64,000 nt of DNA from Leucoraja ocellata (Eukaryota), in assembly GCA_036785375.1 (NCBI GenBank), contig JAWMAR010000008.1, positions 6,200,001 to 6,264,000 on the forward strand, in the 5' to 3' direction. How positions within the stretch are numbered: position 1 is the stretch's first letter; each line of letters opens with the position of its first letter. A model generated the notes under the pieces. The model was not told where the DNA came from, made no database searches, and was given only the letters and a program-made list of their open reading frames with translations. A program made the translations under genes and the position numbers. Positions 37,230 to 50,400 of the stretch are shown here, piece by piece.

Positions 37230-38810
37230 GGAAGCCGTTGTTATCCCTGGTGACCACATCTGCGGCAAATGTCTGCAGTCCTGGTAACTTTGGCTCAAAG
37301 TGAAGATTTGGGCACTGCATTTGATTTCAAATTAAAGGAAGCAATGAAACTTAGGTTAAACATATCAAAACTGTTCACTCAAGAAGGACAGAAGAGTGCG
37401 ACAATGAGTGGGGCAGGCATAAAGCTGCAGAAAGTAGATTTGGAGAAACCTTGTTAGTCCAACAAATGCAAGGTCCTTGCTGCTTGTTTAGTTAAGAGCT
37501 GAGACGGAAGGGGCGAGGGGGGGGGGGGGGGGGGGGGGCATGACCAATCTGACCACATACTGTGGTACAGGGAGTCATCAAGCTGAGTGAATGAAAAGGG
37601 ATGAATTAGTGATGGGGGGGGGGATAATATACTTAGGGGGAATAAGTACTATTCTCAGCATTTGCTCGCATGTATGAAAGTCAGTATAAAGTGCCTAGGG
37701 CTAGCATTAGGTGTGTTCCCCCAGGTCTCCTCTTGCAGAGGAACTTTAAGTGGAAATTAAAGATCCATTTGTCATGGTCTGCATGGGAGCTGCATAAAAA
37801 AAGTTTAAGACAGAAGTTCTGGTGAAGGAGAATGAGCAATTAGGATCAAAGTTAAAAGCAAAATTGCTGGGGTAATAATCTCTGAATAATAAACTGAGCC
37901 ATGGGCAAATTGGCATAGGGTGAATGAGATCAGAGGGTTGAATGTGTGGTTTATGGAGTGGTGTAGGAAAAGTAGATTTTAATTCATTTGGATCACGTTG
38001 TGGCCACATCACTAGAAACTAGATGTCATGATAGTCCTCAAGAATGAGTGATGAACAGCAGAAAACAATAAAATAACTAGAAAATGATTTAAGGGAAAAG
38101 GACACAAAGTGCTGGAGTAACTCAGCAGGTCAGGCAGCATCTCTGCTGATGTTTCAGGTGGGGAGCCTTCTTCAGACTCCATCTAAAATCCAAATAAGGA
38201 TCCAGAGCCAAAACGTCGCCTATCCATGTTGCCCAGAGATGCTGCCTGACCCTCTGAGTTACTCCAGTACTTTGTGTCCTTTTGGTTATAAACCTGCATC
38301 TTCAGTTCCTTTCTACAATTATGGAGACGGTACAGATGAAGGGAAATTTAGAAAGTTAAAGATAAAGGAAAGTTAATAATAAGGGTAATGAGTAATGATA
38401 ACCAGAGTCCATTAGGAAATGATTTGGGATAGAACATGCAAGTATATTTTCATTTGGAATCAGAGCAGGGATAAACTGTGCAAAGACAAATCTCAAGGTT
38501 CTTCATCTGAATGCATTTTGAATGCCTGCAACATTTACAACAAGGTAAGTGAATTAATGGGACAAATGGAAATAAATGGGTAGCCATTAATAGCCATTAA
38601 CAGAGACATGATTGCAAATTGTCCAAGGTTGGGACCTAAATATTCCAAGATAGTTAACCTTCAGAATAGATCGACAATAAAGAATGAGAATGGCCCTGAT
38701 GGTGAAAAGTAGGACGAAGGCAGGAGGGAGGCAGGAGAGAGGTGATCTTAGCTGTGAAAATCAAGGAATAGAATCTGTCGAGGGTGGAGCTAGGAAAGAT
38801 CAAGGAGATG
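37230..38810 (+). mobile_element. Degraded CR1 5' region (ORF1 and APE endonuclease start)
   Basis: HLNA...NKVSELMGQMEING...AI..T-LQ..QGWDLNIP relic at 38500-38650. The upstream part resembles CR1 ORF1. Confidence 0.55.
38096..38317. mobile_element. Palindromic Penelope-type unit with two head-to-head hammerhead remnants
   Basis: 50-bp inverted arms 38096-38145 / 38234-38283; centre CCTTCTTCAGAC ... AAAACGTCGCC. Confidence 0.75.
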
Positions 38811-40624
38811 AAAAGCATGGGCAGAAGCAAATATTACCATGTTTTTTATTTAATTCATTCAACGGATGAGGACTTTGCAGACTGGGTCAGCATTGAGGGA
38901 TTCATCCCTATTTGTACTTTAGAAGGTGGTGGTGAGCTATTTTCCTGAACTGCTGCTTACTTTAAAGTATAGGTTAGGAAGGAATTTCCAGAATTGTGAC
39001 CCAGAATTTTGTGTAAGGAACGCTGTATTTGCTATTGAGGGAGTCAACGCACAGGTTCCTGAGAAGGTGATTTTGCTGTATGAGGACCAACCTCAGACCA
39101 TCAAAGTGGAGATGATTCAAGAGAATTGTACTTTGCAGTGGTAGCTAATTGTTGGTGATCACACTTGATGCCAGAGATAACAGATTTTGTAGATGATGGA
39201 AGAGGTCACTGCAGACATGCTGGAAGAGGTCAGAAAGCAGACGTTCCTGATGCAATGTTGTGATTGACACTAATTCACCTAGAAATCACCACAAACATGA
39301 TCTTCTGTGGGTGAAATCGATCTTGGATCACATAGTGCTTTAAGAAACAGCTTTCAAATTACTCGGCTAATGTCTTTTATCAGAAGCTAAAACTACTATA
39401 TCCATTTATGAAGTCTGCTTGTACAAATAACATTCAAAGTCTGCCATCTGCCCAGTTTTTATTCCCACCATGCCATAATATTAATATAGGATTTTGCTAA
39501 AACACCAGCATCGCAACGTTACTTACTAATTCCGTGTTGCTTCTTGCAAACTTGGAGTTTATGAGAATTCAACAGCAATAGTTCATGAGAAACGTTTTGG
39601 AAAGTTAGACTAAGAGCTGCAGTCTTTTGGCTTCAGCTTCCACCAGGGTAACCCTGAAATTAACCCTACTGTTTGAGCATTAATCGATCGTGTTTGTTTC
39701 AAGTTTTGCCTCTGCTCCACCATTGTATCACTGTCATTCTTATACAGCGCATGAGAATCAATAGCAGCATCAGCATTTATTGCCATCCGTAAATGTGTTT
39801 TAGCCTGAGTCATCTTCTGGAGTCCCTGATAGTCAGATGTGTAGGGTGTTCCATGGTCAGATTCCAGAACATTGACCCAGAGATGAATAAGGAATGCTGT
39901 TACGTATCCAGATCAATAGAGCTGTCTCTTTGTGATGGTGGTAATATTTCCATCTGCCTGCTAATGTCTTTAAGTGGTGGAGATCAGATGACTTCACTAT
40001 GGAATAACATAATAAACATGGCCAAGGAAAGGAAGCTGAGTCCAGAAAAGGTCATTCATTATTTACTTGGAGGGGTGACATTTTATACAGGGTGGCGCCT
40101 CACACGAAGAATATGGTTTCTCAGAGAGTTGTGTAGAGAAAATCGCATCCTTCAGTATTCTGTGCACTTGCTCCAAAAGTAACTGCCTAGCAATCAATTA
40201 CCAGCCAAATACAGGGAGAATGGATGCAATTTTGATGTTGACTGTGACTCAAATCAAGTGTGCTCCTAAGATGTGCACACATTACTCAATACAGAGTACT
40301 GTTCGTTTCTGAAGGTCAGAACATTGTGTAGTGGGTGAAAGATTGTTGTGAAATAAGATGTCATTTCCCAGTTCTCTGCCAAGTTCAATGTTGAGCCCTG
40401 TACTTGAATCCCATCTATATTACTAAAAGTCTGATCTTGACCGATTTCCGAGAGAACGCCGCCACCTACGACCGTCATTTTTGGCCACCTCACTCAGAGA
40501 CCCCCTCCGTCTTCCTGGACCAGAGGATTTTTCCCATTGATGAAAAATCAGAATGTTTCATATTAATGTTTTTAAAAAATTCCCCATTCTCTCTGCTGCC
40601 CCCGCTGGCGGCAGGGAGAGGGAC

Positions 40625-40739
40625 TATAAAACCCGGAAGTGAAGTGCCTCACTCAGTCTCTGCCAGACCCAGGAAGCGAGAGGGTCACGGCTCTCTGAGC
40701 TGCGAATAACACTGAACACACGTCTACTCCACGGTGAGT
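40625..40739 (+). promoter_or_regulatory. Candidate Pol II core promoter, 79-nt first exon and splice donor
   Basis: TATAAAA 40625-40631, CCGGAAGT 40633-40640, Inr-like TCAGTC with A at 40655 (TATA at -30), donor ACG|GTGAGT at 40733/40734. Confidence 0.5.
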
Positions 40740-40759
40740 CCCCTCGATACGGCTGTAAA

Positions 40760-40930
40760 GTGGCTGCAGCCCAATTGTTTGCCTCGCCTTTTTAAAAAGT
40801 TTGTGTTTAGGAAATGAATTTTGTTTGTCAGGTGGCTGCAGACCAATTGTTTGTCTCGCCTTTTTAAAAAGTTTGTGTTCACAAAATGAATTTTGTTTGT
40901 CAGGTGGCTGCAGACCAATTGTTTGCCTTG
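40760..40930 (+). repeat. 72-bp tandem repeat, ~2.4 copies
   Basis: Units start GTGGCTGCAG at 40760, 40832 and 40904. Confidence 0.9.
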
Positions 40931-41058
40931 GCTTGGCTTTTAAAATCGTTGCAACAGTTGGATGCCAGCCCAAGAATTCATACGGCCCACAATGCCTATA
41001 CTAGCCCTCTGGAAACCAGTACCTTTGGCCCGCAACACCCACACTAGCGCAACAGACA

Positions 41059-41084
<26 letters not shown>

Positions 41085-41089
<5 letters not shown>

Positions 41090-41259
41090 CCCAAGGTTTC
41101 CATGCGGTTCCCAGAGGTTTTTGTTAGTCTCCCTACCTGCTCCCACTACCTGCAACCTCCGGCAACCACCTGCAACCTCAGGGAACCGCAAGGAAACCTT
41201 GGGTGGGGTGCAAAGTCTCCAGAGGTTTCTGTTCAGGTTTCCTAAGTGGGACAGGGGCA
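41085..41259. mobile_element. PIF/Harbinger-type MITE lacking its left terminus
   Basis: Ends AGTGGGACAGGGGCA|TTA; internal inverted CCCCACCCAAGGTTTCC / GGAAACCTTGGGTGGGG. Confidence 0.75.
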
Positions 41260-41262
41260 TTA

Positions 41263-41450
41263 GCATACTTATATTCCCCATCACTGATCTTGCTGTCCTC
41301 CAAGTCCTTCTCCTCAGTGAATAAAGATGAAAAGTATTTGTTTAGTACCTTCCCTACATCCTCCAACTCCAAACATAGATTCCCTCCTTTATACTTGAGT
41401 GGTCCTAACTTTTCCTCGGTCACCCCATATCCCCTTAGGATTTTTTAAAA
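41263..41450 (-). mobile_element. CR1 ORF2 fragment
   Basis: GPLKYKGGNLCLE...VLNKYFSSLFTEEKD. Confidence 0.75.
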
Positions 41451-41539
41451 TCCGATTGTTAATAAGTATTTAAGAAGAAAGCAGTAAGATACACTGGTCA
41501 TTGATCAGGATCAGGAATCTAGACTGCACCTATCTAATC

Positions 41540-41760
41540 AGAGCAAAGAAACAAACTGCTGAAGGAACTCATTGGGTTGAACAGCAGCTGTAGAGGCAAA
41601 GCAATTGTTGATATTCCAAGTCAGTCCTGATGCAGGTTTCTGATGAACCCAAAATATCTATAATTCCTTTCCCTTCAAGGAAGCTGCTTTAACCCACTGA
41701 GTTTCTTCAGCAATTTGGCTTTGCTCCAAAGTACGGCATCTGTAGTTTATTTGCCTCCTT
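41540..41760. mobile_element. Old palindromic Penelope-type unit
   Basis: CTGCTGAAGGAACTCATTGGGTT / AACCCACTGAGTTTCTTCAGCA inverted arms. Confidence 0.55.
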
Positions 41761-42439
41761 CCCAATTGTCAGTCCTGGCAAAGTTCAGCTTAATCAGAAC
41801 AAATACATTTCTGAAGCAGATTTACATCGCTGAAAACAATCCCGTCTCATCACCAGGTCGTAGTGATCCAGAAAATTAATATCCCGAGAGTAGCTTTTTT
41901 CCAGAAATAGACAACCTTTCGAAAGCAGATGCACTCTGACTTTACAGACTCAGGCGTCTGATAGTCAGAATAATAAACCCCTCTTAAGCTATTAAACTGT
42001 ATTTTTAAACAGCTGAATTGATCTGAATCTTTCCACTTACTTCCATGCCTGAGTACATTCATCCATTTAGATTAAAAATTAAAACATCTTTCCCTTAACA
42101 ATTTTCTTCAATCCTCTTTGAGAACAAAAGTGTGACTGAGACTCGGTAATATTAATAGGATTTAATTGCCCTAAGGAAGTTCATTTACATTCCATAGCAA
42201 TTGTTTTCAATCTTTGCTCCCAAGCCAAGGTGAAAAACAGCACCAGGAATTCTCATAACGATGGAACTCCAGTGGGAGCGGGAGGCCAGGTGGTTTGCAG
42301 GCCAGAAGTTACCAGGCTGCATTTTAACTAATAATGAAGTTTTGTGTTCTGTGCCAGATCAGTTTCCTCCCTGATATGATCATGTAAAGTTGGCATCTAA
42401 CTCAGCTCATCCATTTCCTTTATCACCAGTACAGTGTTA

Positions 42440-42812
42440 GGGCGTCACGGTGGCACAGCAGTAGAGTTGCTGCTCTACAGCGCCAGACTCCCGGGTTCAA
42501 TCCTGACCACAGGTGCTGTCTGTACGGATTTTTACATTCTCCCCGTGACATGTGTGGGTTTTCTCCAAGATTTTCGGTTTCCTCCCACACTCCAAAAGCA
42601 TACAGGTTTGCAGGGTAATTGGCTTGGTAAAAATGTAAAAATTGTTCCTAGTGTGTGTAGGATAGTGTTAATGTGTGGGGATCACTGGTCAGTGTGGACT
42701 CGGTGGGCCGAAGGGCCCTGTTTCTGTGCTGTATCTCTAAACTAAACTAAACTAAACTAAACTAAACTAAACTAAACTAAACTAAACTAAACTAAACTAA
42801 ACTAAACTAAAC
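42440..42812 (+). mobile_element. HE1/V-SINE with expanded (CTAAA)15 tail
   Basis: GGTGGCACAGCAGTAGAG, GGTTCAATCC, V-domain, tail repeat 42737-42811. Confidence 0.9.
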
Positions 42813-42999
42813 CAGCACTATATGGCTGTGATATTTAACCACAGCAGAAACCTGCCAAGTGCACTCACTACCAGCATCACCTTTCAAACCCGGCAGATGC
42901 CTTGGGTAATGCCAAGAGCACCCCAGTCACTCCCTCATCGAGGACAAGTCTCACCTCAGTCACTCCCTCTTCTCGACTCTTCCACCAGAGGTAAAGAAA

Positions 43000-43303
43000 T
43001 TTGAAAACACAAATCTCCAGATTCAGCGAAGGTTTCCTAGCTGTTATCAGACAACTGTACAGTCTTCTCACCAGTTAGAGTGTGGTTCTGACCTCCCATC
43101 TACCTCATTTGAGATCTTTAACTAAATATAAATGGACTTTATTGGACTTTATTTTGCACTAAACATTATACCCTTCATCATGTATCTGTACACTGTGGAT
43201 GACTTGATTGTAAACATGAAAAGTATTTCCGCTGACTGATAGAACGCATAAAAAGCTGTTCACTATCTCGGTACATTGGACAATAATAAACGGAATTAAA
43301 CTA
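43000..43303 (+). mobile_element. Rex1-like 3' tail
   Basis: Reverse complement of the tail at 14424-14680 (CAGCTGTTATCAG...CTCGGTACA...ACAATAATAAAC). Confidence 0.7.
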
Positions 43304-44949
43304 AAGATCACTGCTACCTGCAAAATCACATCTTTGGCCATGATTATGGTGGTGTCGATGTCACTCTTCCTTCATCATTGGGTTAAAATCCTGGAGCTTG
43401 TTTCCTGCAGTATCATGGGAGGACCTTGTAATAACCAGAAACTGTCAGTGAACACAGGCCCTGGACAGTAGAAATTTGCATGGTGCAACATCAGACCTCC
43501 AGGCCTATTCATCTTGTTTTGCAACCTCTTACAAGACAAAGCATATCTCTTCTCTTTGGTGAAAGAGCTGGCCTGCTGTGAATTGGACACTGCTGTCAGC
43601 CAGACTTAAAGCATCAGTGGGCAAATGGCATAAGAAACATAATCACTTTAGCAATGTCAGGCATCAACTCTACATTTCTCCTCAAAGAAGCTGCTTAGCC
43701 AACTGACCATCCCTGGGTTATAAGTGCCGACTTATGGTCAGTCCTACATATGAACAATTTCCATAATATTATTAAATTCCAAATTCTGAAGTACATGTAT
43801 TCATTTGTTCCTACAAGCTGCAGAAATCAAATCCTTTCTCTCTCCATTATTAATACTTGCTCATTTTTATCAGTCCTATGTGCCTTTGATGGCATTCATT
43901 GCAATACTGTGGAGATATGGTTACCATATCGAATGATTTTTGTATATTTTCCAACTTTTAGAGAAAATTGACACGAGCATCTGTTAGAAACAAAACCTGT
44001 TCATTCTCCAGGGAATTCTACAATCCTTGCATTTTTTGTTTTCAATTTGGATGTTCAGCGTCTGCAGTAATTTTCTTTTATATTAATTATGTATTAAATT
44101 TCTTAAAAGATAATGAATTATTGATTGGAATTCCATCTTTGATGCAGATTTCCAAGAACAGTTACTCAGGTTGTCTACGTGTTCCAACCACACCTCACTC
44201 ACCCCACGATGGGTGTGATTTACTACCTGCTCAGAAGATGAGATTTGGAACTTTGCTTGGTTATCTTTGGAGATCCAGGAGCTTTCTTCATGTTGTCTAA
44301 TGATAGATGGAATACACAATGGAACAGCTCCATAGAGCTAGATAACCATTGCCAACATCAATCTCTTGGCTTTGCAAGCAAGCTATCCCAGGTATTTCAT
44401 CACAGCCCTTTCCTGAAGTTGTGTCATTTATTCTCCTCTCCAAAGTTCTCCAATTTACTTCCATCTCTGTAGTTCCCTCTTGAAATGTTTTTAAATCTGC
44501 GTTCTTCACCTCTTCAGGCATGCTGTTCAAACCATTGCTCTCTTTCTTCCCAAATGCCGTCTGTGGTGGAATTTGCATAGTGGAGAAAAAGAGCAAGTTT
44601 CTAGAGAAGGTTTAATGCACAGACATTTACTTAGATATGACAAAAATAATACATAATCTCATTCCACATTGTACTATGTTTCCTGAACTTCAAACAATTT
44701 ATTTCCTATAAGTATGCATTAAGGAATTCAAGGAAAAAAGGCAGTTGAATGTTGGCTTATTACAGTACAGTGAACATAATAGTTATATGGCATGACAAAT
44801 GGTCCTTCAGTTCATTTAATCTGTACTAGTAATACAATACTACACTAGTCCTATTTTGTGTGTGTGGTGTGTGTCCCCCCCCCCCCCCCCCCTCCTCCCA
44901 TCCCATATCCCAATAAGCTCTTCCCAGATTTTACCACTGATGTAAACAC

Positions 44950-45125
44950 TGACCAATTTTTAGTGGCCTATTAACCCATCAACCTGTACATCTTTGTGAC
45001 GCGGGAGGAAACAGGAGCACCCAGTCACAGGAGGAATTGCAATGTCTACATCAACAGCACGAGAAGCCAAGCTTGAACCCGGGTCCCTGGAGCTGTGAGG
45101 CAGCAGCTCTCATAGCTGTGCTACT
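44950..45125 (-). mobile_element. Degraded HE1/V-SINE
   Basis: GGGAGGAAACAGGAGCACCC...TTGAACCCGGGTCCCTGGAGCTGTGAGGCAGC. Confidence 0.65.
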
Positions 45126-45559
45126 ATGCTCGGCATCGTTCCATGTTAGATCATTGCCTTTTCTTCAATATGAAATGAATCTGTTCCATCTGCTGCTGAA
45201 ATGGGTATCGATGCAGGAACAATGATGAATATTCCCAAAGCAGATCAATGGAGGGGATTAGATAAGTGATAAATTACAAAGTTATAAATTATTTAGAGAA
45301 AGTAAGTCAATTCTTCTACCATTTGCAATAATGCTCAGACCAGCTGTTGATGAATCTCATTCATTCCACTGATATATGAGCCAAACTCATAGAGGTAACA
45401 GTCACTTCTGTTTTTTGGCTCCAGGAGAATCCTTCTTCACAGTAGAAGATAAGAAAGAAAACAACTTTGCGGTATAAAACCCTTTGAGGCTGCTTTGTCG
45501 ATCAATAAGATCAAGTGATCGTGTACCTCATCTGATCCTGCCATTTGCTGATTCCCTCT

Positions 45560-46400
45560 GTGCCAGAGACTATAAAATATTTAAATATTTAACAGCATCC
45601 ATAGCCCTCTGAGACAGAGCCATGCAAGGATTTATGTGCCCGCGTAATTTTTTTACCGTTCACTGTCCTACAGGGTTAACTTCTTTCTCTGAGACCGTGG
45701 CCCCTGGTTCTAGATTCTAGATCTACCCAGTCCACATATGTTACTATCATCCTACGTTTACAAAACTCCAAAGTTAATCAACAGTTCCTCATCCCAAGAA
45801 TAAATCTGGTGGACTCACATTACACTGATTTCAACAGGTGCAGACTCCAAAACTGCACACAGTCTTCCAAATAAGGTTTCACTCAAGCCTCATACGATCT
45901 CACGAAAGTGCCTTCCCACAATAAAGGCCATTTGCCTTCTGAATAGCTTGCTGCATGTTTACTCACAGAAAACAGAACACAGAGGACCCTGTATACACCA
46001 ATATTTTCTAGTCTTCCCCAATTTGAAATGTATTCTATTTTTGCTTCATCTCCCTACATTATGTACCATCCTCCATTCACTTGCCCACTCCTTATGCCTG
46101 CCCAGATAACCATGCAGATGCTTTGTATCCTTCTAACTTCCCTTCCCTCCTAGCTTTATCAGCAACAACTTCAATATAAAGATTGAGTAAGATATCTGTT
46201 TGTTTATAAATGGCGAGTAACCGACGTTGAATATTGATCCGCAAAAGTTAGTCAGCTTAAAAATAACTAACTTATTCCTACTCTCTGGGTTATGCACTTT
46301 AACAAATCCTTTATTTCTATACCTAGACACGTTGCACCCACCTACTTGGACATGGCTTCATGTAACAACCTTTGATACTTTAAACCCTTTTGAAAATCCA
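45560..46400 (-). mobile_element. Highly degraded CR1
   Basis: GTGGCCCCTGGTTCTAG and CCAAAACTGCACACAGTCTTCCAAAT (LE.CVQFW) motifs. Confidence 0.5.
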
Positions 46401-46826
46401 GATATCCTACATATACTGTAATGGTTCCACATTATCTGTTTTGATGGTTCCATTCTCAAAATACAGTTCTTCCTTTATGAAGCCACAGCATAATTCTATC
46501 TTCCATTACCATGTCCCCAGTGATGAGCTCCTGGCTCTTTCTGACAATTGTTGTTAGCTTAACTAATCCTTTTTCTCTCTCTTCCCTTAAGTTATATTGC
46601 CGTATTAGCTTCCTTTCAATCACGGGGAACTATTCGAAGAGAGGGAATTCTGAAGATTCATCTCTGATATGTAAAGATGGAAAAAGAGTCAAATGGCTGT
46701 GTAGTGATTAAGTTATTGGGCTACCCGTCAGAATATGAAGTATGATTTCAAGTCCCACTATGTCACTCGGGAATTTAAATTCAAAGAATTAAATAAATCA
46801 GAAATGTTGGGGTAAGCAATGGTGAG

Positions 46827-47120
46827 GTTGGCATAGCTTCTTGAGCTTCTACATTCACAGCCTCAGCAATCTGGTTTGATTTTGCCTCTGGTGATGCCCT
46901 TGTAGAGTTTGCATGTTCTTCTTGTTGGTTTCACCCAGATGCTCCAGCTTCCTTCCACGTCCCAAAGAATTATAGGTTTGTAGGATAATTGATCCCTATA
47001 AATTGCCTCTAATGCATAGGTAAAGGAGTGGAGTGAAAAGAATGTGAGGAGATCAAAATGGGATTAGATAACATGAGTGTAAACAGGTCAGCACTGATTC
47101 AGAGGGTCAAACGGACTGAG
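46827..47120 (+). mobile_element. Degraded HE1/V-SINE
   Basis: GAGTTTGCATGTTCT...CCAGCTTCCTTCCACGTCCCAAAG. Confidence 0.6.
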
Positions 47121-48299
47121 TGGCAAAGACGCTGATTATTGCAATGGTCCTTTGGATCCTCGGACCTGAGGTGAAGCATATTGAACAACTGTTCAGCAAC
47201 CAACTGTCACAGGTCCAATCATGCCATTTCTTTGAGCTGCAGGTAGATCTCTGCATCTTCTGCAACTCTACTTGTTTGGACCACTGGTTGAGATCCTGAC
47301 ACAGGATTACCCAGACAAAACAGACATGCTTCCTCACATTTAATGGTTCGTAATTGGATGATCTTCGGAGCCCTTTGGGATGAGGAATCAGTTCTGACAT
47401 TGACGCGGATCTCAGTGAAGGTTTGGGAACACTCAGATCGTCGGACATTCTGCTGAGACTCTGTCAATGGAACAACTTTGAAATGGTGGTGTGGTTTAAT
47501 CTAAGCATCCCACTTAACATAATTTGAGTAAATTCTGTCATTAGCTCGGATTCCTGACTATAAACGTCACTGCAAATTACAGACAATATGCCAAAGCGTC
47601 GATTTTATTACCAATTACAAGTACTGAAACATAAATCTAAACGTGCATACTTGCAACCTCATTATGTGCCAAGGATGAAAAGGTGATCAATCTTATACCC
47701 GCCAATGGTATCAGCATTATGCATCGTGGAGAATGTTATCTGACCAAAGAACCTAGGCTTTCCTCCTTTTAGGTTTCTCTATGCAATTATTTTCCTTCCT
47801 TCTCCACCTCTATTGGCCATCTGCATTAGAATACCATCTGAAAATTCATAGCTTTTAAACACTCACAAAACAACTAGATGTTACTAGTCCTCTGAAACTG
47901 TGCTAGTTAAAGCCCCACCTCCCAAGTTGCATTCACTGAGATCTGTAACTTCAAATACAACTTCACTCTTGCCTTGATTGCTTTGATCATAAAGGTCAGC
48001 ATCATCCTTTCGACAGAGACTGTGACCTCTGGCTTTAGTATCCTGGGCGTGAGGAAACACCCTCTCTGCACCCAACCCGTCAAGCTGTGCAAGAATTCTT
48101 AAGTTTCAATAAAGCTTCCTATCATTCTTCTGAGTTGTTGAGAACACATGACTACCTTCATTTAATCTTTCATATGGCAAACCCACTATTTCCAAAACCT
48201 TTACTTTACTCCCATTAAGGTAAGGAGAGGCTTTTTTGAGGCAAGGCTATTTTAGACCAAAAGTCTACATCCAAATGTGGTCTCATTAAGGTCCTAGAA

Positions 48300-48932
48300 C
48301 ACTATGGGAAGCTGGATAAGAAATTGCAGGCTGAGATATCCGAATCATCACTAGGCATGGCTGAGATGCCAGAAGACTGAAGGGTGGCTAGTGTTGTAGC
48401 TTTATTTAAGAAGTAACCTGAAGCGTTGATGAGGGCAAAGTCATGGACATTGTCTATATGAACTTCAGCCGGGCTTTTATGAGCCGATAAGCATGGTAGA
48501 CTGTTCTACATCACATGGAATCCAAGAAGAGCTTGCCAACTGGATAGGGAATTGGCTTCATGGAAGGAAGCAGAGGATGATGGTGGAAGGTTGTTTTTTA
48601 GACTGGAGGTCTGTGGTTAGTGGTGTGCCTCAGGGATCGGTGCTGTGCCCATTGCTGCTTGAGGTGCACATCAATGATTTGGATGAGAGTGTAGAAGGCA
48701 TGATTTGTAAGTTTGCAGTTGGCATTAAAGTGGGCGGTATTGTAGATAGTGAAGATGGTTATCAAAAATCACAACAGGATCCTGACCGGTTAGGCAAGTG
48801 GGCTGCAGATTGGTTAACGGAGTTTAATGCAGATCAGTGTGAGGTTTTGCAGTTTGGGAAGTCAAACCAAGGCAGGACCTTCATAGTAGATAAAAGGCCC
48901 TGGGGAACGTTGTAGAGCAGAGGGATCTAGGA
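48300..48932 (+). mobile_element. CR1 RT fragment
   Basis: ORF 48493-48915: WIGNWLHGRKQR...SGVPQGSVL...INDLD...KFA. Confidence 0.9.
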
Positions 48933-48939
48933 GGAGGAG

Positions 48940-49030
48940 ACACAGGACAGAACGGTCAGTATGGGAATGGGAAAGGGAGTTAAAGTGGTTAGCAACCGGG
49001 AGATCCAGTAGGCCCTGGCAGACTGAGTGT
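48940..49030 (-). mobile_element. Penelope GIY-YIG C-terminal fragment
   Basis: Minus strand ...LPVANHFNSLSHSHTD, homologous to 24540-24600. Confidence 0.65.
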
Positions 49031-50239
49031 ATTAAGAATTTTATGTAACTGTGTACACATATACTAATGGGCTAAAGATGTAGCAGATATATTGCAATGT
49101 GTGCACTGATTTAATGCTGCGTTGAAGTCATTGGGCATCTGTGATTTAAAATGTGCTCTTCTATAAATTATTCAGTAATGTAATCTTGATATCTCAGTCC
49201 TTGCCATGCAGATCTATGAGCATTACTGATCCTTAGTTTTGATATAATGCCAAAATTTAAAAGTGACATTCTGTGTGCAATTAAGTAAAAAACAGTTTTG
49301 TGTACCCACGACTTGTAAACGGTTATACATTAATGTAGGTAATTCATTATTTAGAAAGAAAAGTGACTTTAATATTCACAATTTAATTGTTTATTCGATA
49401 TAAAGAACTAATTCATGTAAAGCTAACATAGTTCTGCAGATTTCATTTGCCTCAAAGTGTTTGAACAAATGTCAGAGATAATTAAGCAAATAATATATTT
49501 TTAAGAAAACATTTTTTTTAGTTTGGCATAACCTCTCCAGAAGATAAACTAAATGTCTACGGCAACATTTAGGCAAAAATTATCCAACTGCCACAATGAT
49601 AAATGGAACAGAATGTGTTAGAAAATGAAATGCTTCAGAACTGTCTTCCAACCATATCTGGTGATCAATTATATTCTTAATCACTGTCTACTTCTTTACG
49701 AAGTTGCAAAGTAGGCAGAAATTCAATTTCTTCCAAGAATTTTCTAAATGGATGTCAAGACCCTGCTAAAACTATACTTGGAATTCAAATATAGCATGTG
49801 TGGATGGGATTTTACTGGATATTTCTGAAACACAATGATCCACAAATGGGATGAAGATATTGTAAGGTTTATTGCAGTCAGTGGGGTAATCTCCCTGAAG
49901 CATGGTCATGAAGTGAAGCATGTCAATGTGACCACAATCACTACTCAATGACTGGTGAAAGCGATGCTGAAATTCGTCTCTGTTTGGGAAGTATTTAAAT
50001 TAAGGATTGGTCACAGCGATGAGAAAGTGTCTAAATGGGGCAGAGCATGAAGAAATTTCACAGTAAATAAGTGACAGCCAGAAACTTTGTACTGGCTACT
50101 AATAAATCTTATTTTTTCAGTATAGAATGCTTTTCATGTGTTAGCATTTTGTAGGTGTGCCTTGATTTGGCACAACAGAGTGACGGGCAGACCCAAGTAA
50201 TTTATACAGTGCATAGTGCCATGGTTAAAAGGAGAGAAG

Positions 50240-50400
50240 GCTGTACAGGCCAAGTCAATGGATATTTTTAGGGCTGAGATAGATGGATTCATGATTAGTA
50301 TGGGTGTCTGGAGTTATGGGGAGAAAGTAGATCAACCATGATTGAATGGCAGAGTAGACTTGTGGGGCTGAGTGCCCTAATTTTGCTCCTATCACTTATG
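50240..50400 (+). mobile_element. CR1 3' tail
   Basis: GGCCAAGTCAATGGATATTTTTAGGGCTGAGATAGAT...TTGCTCCTATCAC. Confidence 0.7.

Larger units (their letters stand above)
40414..41060 (+). mobile_element. Helitron-like non-autonomous element, 5' part
   Basis: A|TCTATATTACTAAAA 5' signature, CpG-rich interior, internal minisatellite. No CTRR|T 3' end seen. Confidence 0.6.

Noticed and set aside
40760-42811. CRISPR-like arrays (72-bp repeat; CTAAA array)
   Set aside because: No unique spacers, no cas genes, vertebrate context; these are a minisatellite and a SINE tail.
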